Source: Stramenopiles sp. TOSAG23-6
Taxonomy: Eukaryota
Assembly (NCBI GenBank): GCA_900128565.1
Contig: LT635923.1
Location: 1 to 50,604, forward strand
DNA length: 50,604 nucleotides
Direction of reading: 5' to 3'
Numbering within the stretch: the first letter of the stretch is position 1; every line of letters starts with the position of its first letter. Under the pieces are notes generated by a model, which worked only from the letters and a program-made list of their open reading frames with translations, did no database searches and was not told the DNA's origin. Below are positions 44,461-50,604 of this stretch, piece by piece. The position numbers were made by a program, and so were the translations under genes.

Positions 44461-45920
44461 TCATAGGATTTTTTTTGAGTGATGATTTCCGTCATTCGAT
44501 TTAGAAGTGTAGTCAGGTTCGTCAGTCATTATTTTATTGTATACATTTTCCCCCCATTTTACTGCTTTCTGTGTTGTATGGGTAAAAGCATCGCTTAGAT
44601 TGTCTCTAAAATCGTTTAACGAAGAATTAGAATCTGATACATGTGGAATTTTATTTGTAGTCTTATCATTTCCTTTAGTACGAGTATTTTGATGTTGTAG
44701 TTGATTACGAGCTGCATTTAGATTAGTTCTGGCAGATATCAATGAAGGATCCTGTATTATGAAAAAAAATGTTTTAGTGAAAAAAATCGTTAGGTATGAA
44801 ATTTTCAAGAAAAAAAAAACCTTTAGGAAAAAAATTAATGAAAACGGACATATACTAAAGCTTTTTCGTATGCTGTTATCGCATTATGAAACTCTCTTAA
44901 ATTGTAATGAGCTGTACCTAATCGTGCATGAGCTTTAGCAAACCTAGGTTTTAACCGAAGTGCCGCACGACAATCAAAAATAGCTTTTTTGTAATGTAAA
45001 AGATACATCTGAGCAGCAGCTCTATTTGAAAAGAAAATATGAGAATCAGGACCATTTGGGGACAGCTCCAACGCTTTTGTATAAAAGTTAATCGCTACTT
45101 GAGGTTGACCATTGCGTAATGCATCATTACCCTTGATTTTCAACGCATTGGAATTATTGATGTTTAATGTAGTAGGTTTACTAGGACTAACTACATCACT
45201 TATATTTGTAGTAGTCTTTTTATACGACATGGAATCTTGTTCTCGGGAATGAGGTGTTAGTGGGACTTCAGCTGCGGCTGGGATGGGTGGCAGAGGTATT
45301 GAACTCGTTGAACACTCCAATGATTCCTCTTCATCTTGTACATGTCGATTCTTGATACGTGTTTGAGCTTCAAGCATCAAGTTTTCCCACGTAAATTTGT
45401 TAGTTTCCGAATCTAATAGTTCACAAAATGCTTCAATACTATCGTAATGCCTTTTCAATCTGTCTTCTAAAAGTGTACTTACTTCAACAAGTACACGTCT
45501 TTGCTCGCGAACTGTCGATGGTAATCCTGACACACTTACTGCATCAATTGAGGGTAATAAAGAGGAAGCTATTTGGCCGGTGTACTTTTGAAGCCGGGAT
45601 TTCCAGTAATTGATAGCTCGACGACCTTCAGATAAACGCACAGGGTCGTCGCCGTATAAAAACGAAGCATTTACGTTATCAACGATTTGTTTCCCTCTGT
45701 CTGCTGCAGCGCATAATTCACAAATTGCTGTAGCTGTAGATGTATCATACTGTATATTACACATTGGTGTATCAGATAAAGAGTCATGACTTGAGGTACG
45801 ATTTATTGAAGAGTCATGACTTGAGGTACGTTTTATTGAAGGAGTATCAACCACCTTTTGCTCTTGGTGAATTCCACTTTCATTGCCTATGCCTTTAGCA
45901 GAAAGATTAGTACTACTCAT
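44461..45920 (-). CDS. TPR-repeat protein, right copy
   Basis: Mirror of 4685-6144. Confidence 0.85.
44752..44849 (-). other. Intron-family element A (GT-AG), right copy
   Basis: Mirror of 5756-5853. Confidence 0.9.
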
Positions 45921-46268
45921 AAAGGCTGTGAGTTATTTCACGATGAAAACAGATTTATTTCCGCTTTGGATAAGAGTTAATGAAGAAGAATTTTGATCAG
46001 ATTCTCCAATGACTTGATACTAAAGCTGATATAGTAGAGAGTAGTACCGTAGTAGTCACAATAATTTTGACGGTTTCAAAAAAAAAAGAAAATTTTCGTG
46101 TTCTATCATTCTATTTTTGACTTCCATTGACACTTCGAAGTTCGACTTCTTCACGAAAGCTCTTTTTTTAAGTCTTGACGGTACGTAGGTACTTGCAGAG
46201 TGAGAGGAAAACTTTCCTGTTCCATCATATTTCAAAATTATTGATTATAAATAGAATTCACATTAATC

Positions 46269-46991
46269 ATGAGGCGACGTATAGGTCGAGCAGGTTTGAT
46301 ACAACGTAGAAATCAGGATAGTCAATTCAAAGCCAGGGGAACTGCCATGCGGAAGGAGTTAATGACACATGCAGCGAATACTTTGACAGAATTTAAAAGT
46401 AACTTAGAAAAATTCGCTTTAAAGCACAAGAAATCTATCAATCAAGACCCAGAGTTCCGCATGCAATTCCAGAAAATGTGTTCATCTATTGGGGTTGATC
46501 CTCTTGCGTCAAATAAAGGCTTCTGGGCAGAGCTCTTAGGTTCAAATGACTTTTATTATGAGCTTGGAGTTCAAATTCTTGATGTATGTGTTTCTACTAG
46601 ACCACGAAACGGTGGACTGATATCTGTGGATGATCTTCACAAGTTACTTTTGAAAATGAGAGGAAGCAAAGCAGCAGCTGTAAGCGTGGATGACATTAAA
46701 ACTGCAGTCAGCAAAATGAAAATACTTGGTGCTGGCTTTAGTCTGCTATCAGCTGGAAGTAGCACAATGATTTGTTCGGTTCCGGTGGAATTGAACGTAG
46801 ATCACACGGCATTAATAAGTTTAGCACATGAAAGAGGATACATTGATACATTGATGATAAAGAAAAATTTGAATTGGTCCAAGAGTCGCGCAGAGCAAGC
46901 ATTGATGATGTTGACTCGTGAAGGTATGGTTTGGATTGATGATGGCGGCGCGGGTGACAATCGCCAATATTGGTTTTTAAATAGGCAATAG
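46269..46991 (+). CDS. SNF8: ESCRT-II SNF8/VPS22, right copy
   Basis: Mirror of 3614-4336. Confidence 0.95.
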   Translation: MRRRIGRAGLIQRRNQDSQFKARGTAMRKELMTHAANTLTEFKSNLEKFALKHKKSINQDPEFRMQFQKMCSSIGVDPLASNKGFWAELLGSNDFYYELGVQILDVCVSTRPRNGGLISVDDLHKLLLKMRGSKAAAVSVDDIKTAVSKMKILGAGFSLLSAGSSTMICSVPVELNVDHTALISLAHERGYIDTLMIKKNLNWSKSRAEQALMMLTREGMVWIDDGGAGDNRQYWFLNRQ

Positions 46992-47162
46992 TAATAGTCA
47001 TGACGTTATAAATAACTGACAATACATATACGGTTACAATAATATGCTAAATAGTGATAAAGTATATTTTATCGTTGATTTATTCAAAATAAAAAGAAAT
47101 TATTTTTATTTTGACATTGTCTTTGTGATTTATTTTTTCTTATTGTTGACTGAGACAACTAA

Positions 47163-47642
47163 CTACTTTAATTCCTTGGCCATTGCATCAATCAATATTC
47201 TTTGATTTCCCGATCTAATAGTTGAAGGGATACCATCTGGGTGACATTCTACAGAGCTAACAGACTTTGCGACGTCATCAGGTATGCCATCTGGAAAACA
47301 TGCTTCAAGCGGTGGTGGGGCATTACGCATGAACTTTGAGCCTCCAGGAAGATATGGAATCGTGTACTTATCAGGATGAGTGTAATATGCCAACTTTTCA
47401 TTACCTTCACGAATAGCACGTTTCACAGCACCAGAAGATGGGTCGTATGATTTATAAGAATCAAATTGAGCTCGGATTTTATCAGCTTCGTCGCAAATCA
47501 ACTCACGGTCACCAGCCCAACTCATCATCAACTTCAGAGAGTGGCGGTACAAGCGAGTGACAGTTTGCTGATGTGTTAATCTTCCTGGTGCCTGTCTGTA
47601 GTATGCACTTGCAATCTGAAATGGGCGATTCATTGCAGTCAT
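47163..47642 (-). CDS. NDUFB9: Complex I subunit NDUFB9, right copy
   Basis: Mirror of 2963-3442. Confidence 0.9.
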   Translation of the reverse strand: MTAMNRPFQIASAYYRQAPGRLTHQQTVTRLYRHSLKLMMSWAGDRELICDEADKIRAQFDSYKSYDPSSGAVKRAIREGNEKLAYYTHPDKYTIPYLPGGSKFMRNAPPPLEACFPDGIPDDVAKSVSSVECHPDGIPSTIRSGNQRILIDAMAKELK

Positions 47643-47918
47643 TATTTAATAGAGCACTATACAAGTCCTTATATTTCTAAAAAATATACAGTCTCTCTCA
47701 ATAATTGATATAATTGTAAGTACTAGCCGTAGTAGTACTCGACTGTTTGTTGTTGCATGTGTCGGTCACAAATTCGAAATTCGCGCTACTGTATGTGTAC
47801 CGGGTATCATGAGTCAGCTTAACTTGTTTGAGACTACGCCCAAAACCCTATAATCCAATACGTAATGTCGTAGAGGGACGATAACTATTTATTGTCCTTA
47901 ACAAAATTATCATTCAAA

Positions 47919-49047
47919 ATGGATCCTGTTCTGAACAAGATGCTTGCAGAAGCTTCCTTTGAATCATCAACTGTATCGCCATCTCGAAAGCTTATTTATC
48001 AACTTCAAAAGGAAGGTGGTGTAAACACTGCGAAACTTTTAGTCCAAACAGCTGAAGCACTGAAAAAGGCTAATTTAGTGGGAAGCTCTGACTTTACACG
48101 GCGCGAGGCCGAACGTTTGGCTGATCTAACCAGAGATTCAACATTTGAAGCAATTGGTACAATGGAAATGAATGACGATGCAGGTATAGCAGTCACGATG
48201 CAACATCGTTGCGCATGGCTCGGCGCCTATAGTTTTGCCTCGATCCAGTGGGCCGAGTCAAGTTTCTTAGCCTCAAATGGTTCTATTGATGGTGGCAGAG
48301 CTGCACTGAGAGCAATTGATTTAGCGTTACTTCGAGGTGGACCGCATTGGAATTTAATGGCTAAAGATATTATATCAAAGGCATCCAAAGCAGTTCAGTT
48401 AAACAACCCTCATGATACTCAAAACCCTAACCCTACAAACGAAACGATTGATAGTTGTCCAGAAATTCACTCATCTAGTTGTAATGTAAAACGTAAAGTG
48501 CTGAAAGAGTCAACACCATTATGGGTTCGTGGGAGTAAATCCAAGTATGTTTCACCAATAAGTCGTGTCCCTTTTAGAACGAATGACGGAATTCAGAAAA
48601 TGACAATTTCTGAGTTTAAAGAAAATTTTATGAAGTCAACCACTCCTGTTATAATCACAGGTAGTTTGTCTGAGTGGCCAGCGCTCAAAACTGGCAGTAA
48701 ACATTTATGGTCTGATGCATCATATCTAAAGAAAGTAGCTGGTGATAGAATTGTCCCTGTAGAAGTATGTAATAAAGCTGATAACACACAAACATATTTA
48801 TCTAATAGCTGGGCTCAAAAAGTGATGACTCTGTCCGACTTTATTACAAACCATGTAATTCCAAGTGAAAGTTGTGGACGTTTTTCAAAATGTTCAATTG
48901 ATAATACTCAATGTGCCTATCTAGCTCAGCATCCTTTATTTGATCAAATACCATTTTTAAAAGAAGATATTATACAGCCATCTCTTTGTAGTGCTCTGTT
49001 ACCAACTGACACTGGATCGGATGCTACTACTGTTCATGTGAATGCAT
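47919..49047 (+). CDS. KDM8: JMJD5/KDM8-like N-terminal exon, right copy
   Basis: Mirror of 1558-2686. Confidence 0.8.
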
Positions 49048-49140
49048 GTATGTTTTATTTTTTTTCAAATTCGAAGTTTTTTTTTCGTACGAAATTTTGT
49101 ACCTAACGAAAAATATTTCAAATATTTTTCCAAAATACAT
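49048..49140 (+). other. Intron-family element F (93 nt, GT...AT)
   Basis: GTATGTTTTA...TTTCGTACGAAA..TACCTAAC(49100-49107)...CCAAAATACAT; donor is phase 1 but the downstream long ORF needs phase 0. Confidence 0.65.
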
Positions 49141-50516
49141 ACGGTTTTGAAACGAAAACAAAAACAAAGAATAAGAGATCTAGTTCCTTTGTTACGCTTT
49201 TCTATGCCAATGCAACCAACAAAAAAAACCCTAACCCTAATGAAAGGAGAAAAAAACGAAATGCCAGAATATTTTAGTGTTTTAATTCCTTCGAGATTAT
49301 CACCAAATACTACACATACTATACCATATAATGATTACAACAAACTCATTAAAAGTAATACAAAATATAGTATAGATTCGATGATGTCGCATTCAGTACC
49401 TATTCTTCAATCACAAATAATATCAGGACCGATGTTTAAATTATCAGCTAATGGTAGAGATTACGAACGATGTATCATTGAAATGCATGTAAACGTAAAT
49501 AAAAATTCAGAAAAAAATAAAAAATCAGAAAATCTAAGTGATCTAGATCATAAAATAAGTATACGCTTCAAGTGGTTTGGATCCGGGACAAATCTTCGGC
49601 CTAACCCTAACCCTAACCCTAATTCCATGTCTCATAGTCCTCCCTCAGAGAAAAAAGATGTTGAAACGTCTTCACATGAACAAATATTGAATAAAGGCTT
49701 TCTCTGGAAACGATCTTGGCGATATGGGATGCTTACTTGGGAACGACGTTTTTGTCAACTTCGCTTTCGGGCTCATGCGTCTTTAACGAAATCTACAGTA
49801 TACTGTGGAGGAATATTTTCGTATGCCAAAACTCAAGTTGATCTTCGTTTATTAGAAAAATCCGGTTCTATAAAAAATGTTTATTTTGCAGATGGTAGTG
49901 GAGGAACTAGTGTTTTATCATGCCAAGATGAAGAAAAAAAGAAAGGCACATTTGTGCTGAATATTGATGGTAAGAAATTGACTCTCCGAGCAAAAACAGT
50001 CGGTGAGGCGCGTTCATGGATCAATTCTATTAATCATATGATATTAGTCTTAACTCAAAGTAATACGAAAAATAACGTAAATAATTATAAAGATGATGAT
50101 GTTACAGACAGTAGTAATCATTATAAACCTCAAATGATTCGTGTACGTTTTCGCAATTTCAAAATTTCAATTTTTTTTTCGTACGAAATTTTGTACCTAA
50201 CAAATTTTAGTTTTTTTTTCGAAATATTTTTTCACAATACATGGTTCTTCTCGTGATTTGGCCGGAGATGGAAGTATTCATACGTGGCACTGTCTTCATA
50301 TAAATCCACCATTGGTAGAAAATTTAAGTTCGGCATTTGAATCTTCTAGTGTAGATCATTCTATAGACTATATAGACAAAGACTCTAAATATTCTTCAAG
50401 TCAAGTATCAGCACCAAGCCTATTCAATCCTAGTGTAATTGGTAGTTTTGATATCTCAGTTTTTAATAAATCAGTTCGAACAAATTCAGCATCTTCTGAT
50501 GTGGAAGTCCTTACAT
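49141..50516 (+). CDS. PH-domain protein, internal exons 49141-50142 and 50243-50516, right copy
   Basis: Mirror of 89-1464. Confidence 0.75.
50143..50242 (+). other. Intron-family element G (100 nt, GT...AT)
   Basis: GTACGTTTTC...TACCTAAC(50194-50201)...TTCACAATACAT; phase 0; joins QMIR|GSSRD in frame. Confidence 0.7.
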
Positions 50517-50604
50517 GTATGTTTTATTTTTTTTTCAAATTCGAATTTATTTTTTTATAAAAATTTTGTACCTAACAAATTTTAGTTTTTTTTTGAAATA
50601 TTTT
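50517..50604 (+). other. Intron-family element H (partial; window ends inside it)
   Basis: GTATGTTTTA...TACCTAAC(50569-50576)...GAAATATTTT. Confidence 0.7.

Larger units (their letters stand above)
1..50604. repeat. Whole-window perfect inverted duplication (25,302-bp arms, no spacer, axis TTTGT|ACAAA at 25302/25303)
   Basis: Every ORF has an identical opposite-strand copy at 50605-x; first and last bases are reverse complements; N at 7320 mirrors 43285 and N at 21741 mirrors 28864. Confidence 0.99.

Overview
Eukaryotic nuclear DNA, AT-rich and gene-dense (15 protein genes in ~25 kb). The NDUFB9 N-terminus looks stramenopile-like (inference). The whole window is a perfect 25,302-bp inverted duplication (axis 25302/25303; position x mirrors 50605-x). 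Even the ambiguous N bases are mirrored and the axis cuts through UTP14, so the palindrome is most likely an amplification or assembly fold-back and only ~25 kb is unique. Unique genes: PH-domain protein, N-terminal half of JMJD5/KDM8, NDUFB9, SNF8/VPS22, TPR protein, RNF212/Zip3-like RING protein, TPR-IQ-SFI1-like-LRR protein, EF-hand protein, EAF, DNAJB12, GTF3C6-like, secreted CmcJ/AsaB-like oxygenase, dsRBD-like/H15-like protein, CTL/SLC44 transporter, UTP14. Main discovery: a family of 8 sequence-related 92-100 nt intervening elements interrupts these genes. They have a U2-type donor (GTNYGT) and an invariant TACCTAAC branch-like motif at nearly fixed spacing. At the homologous 3' end most finish in ...CAATACAT (GT-AT) rather than AG; one ends GT and only one ends AG. 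Removal at the homologous boundaries restores the reading frame at all 6 within-gene junctions. This points to a repeat-derived (Introner-like) intron family with AG-independent, possibly distance-defined 3' splice sites. No transcript data are available, so the boundaries are inferred.
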